From NCBI RefSeq assembly GCF_001194135.2, contig NC_068983.1, positions 15,273,162 to 15,337,161 of the forward strand: a stretch of DNA of 64,000 nucleotides, in the 5' to 3' direction. Below are positions 63,691 to 64,000 of this stretch, piece after piece. Both the position numbers and the translations under genes were made by a program. The notes below the pieces were generated by a model. That model saw nothing but the letters and a program-made list of their open reading frames with translations. It had not been told where the DNA came from and did no database searches. Source of the DNA: Octopus bimaculoides (Eukaryota). The number at the start of each line of letters is the position of its first letter. The first letter of the stretch is position 1.

Positions 63691-64000
63691 GTCATTTTGA
63701 TTCTTTGTTTATATTTTCATTCTTTTGGTCTTTTACTGGTTTCAACTAGGGCCCCATCTTCTCATATTATGATAATAATCTTATATATCAACTGATTTTG
63801 GATAGATTTTAAAAATATATTTTTGACCTCACACATTCACATGTACATATACACACATACACACCAGACAAAGTATTTTTTAAAATATGGTAAAAATATG
63901 GCTTGCGAAGACCTGTTGGGGCAAGCGAAAGTGAAATCAGGATGGCACCTATGCCCAGCATCACCTTCCTGGCACTTGTGCTGGTGGCACGTGTAAAGAC

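Overview
AT-rich, repeat-dense metazoan genomic DNA from a gapped draft scaffold (8 N-gaps). The TTAGGG-type repeats and the SINE/RTE repertoire suggest an octopus (cephalopod) genome; this is my inference. One gene is firmly supported: EMC2 (ER membrane complex subunit 2/TTC35) on the minus strand, with 8 coding exons from ATG 23274 down to 136 and the 3' exons outside the window. The 5' end of a second, unidentified plus-strand gene is tentatively called (ATG 40481, next exon 45188). Between them lies a CpG-retaining intergenic block dominated by a ~9.7-kb hAT (Buster/Charlie-type) interval, 29024-38756, with matching TIRs and TSD. It holds a decayed transposase plus a nested Tc1/mariner (maT-like) element, several MITEs and LINE fragments. 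Elsewhere there are a full-length decayed mariner (52324-53600), RTE, CR1 and R4/Dong LINE fragments, many RTE 3'-UTR copies, at least five tRNA-headed SINE types and several MITEs. No rRNA, bona fide tRNA or CRISPR array was found. I found no single clearly new biological system. The best leads are a possible composite/pack-hAT, an intact R4/Dong-type N-terminal ORF flanked by splice signals, a head-to-tail SINE chain, a MER1/Charlie3-like MITE and a CpG-decay footprint that maps gene bodies.
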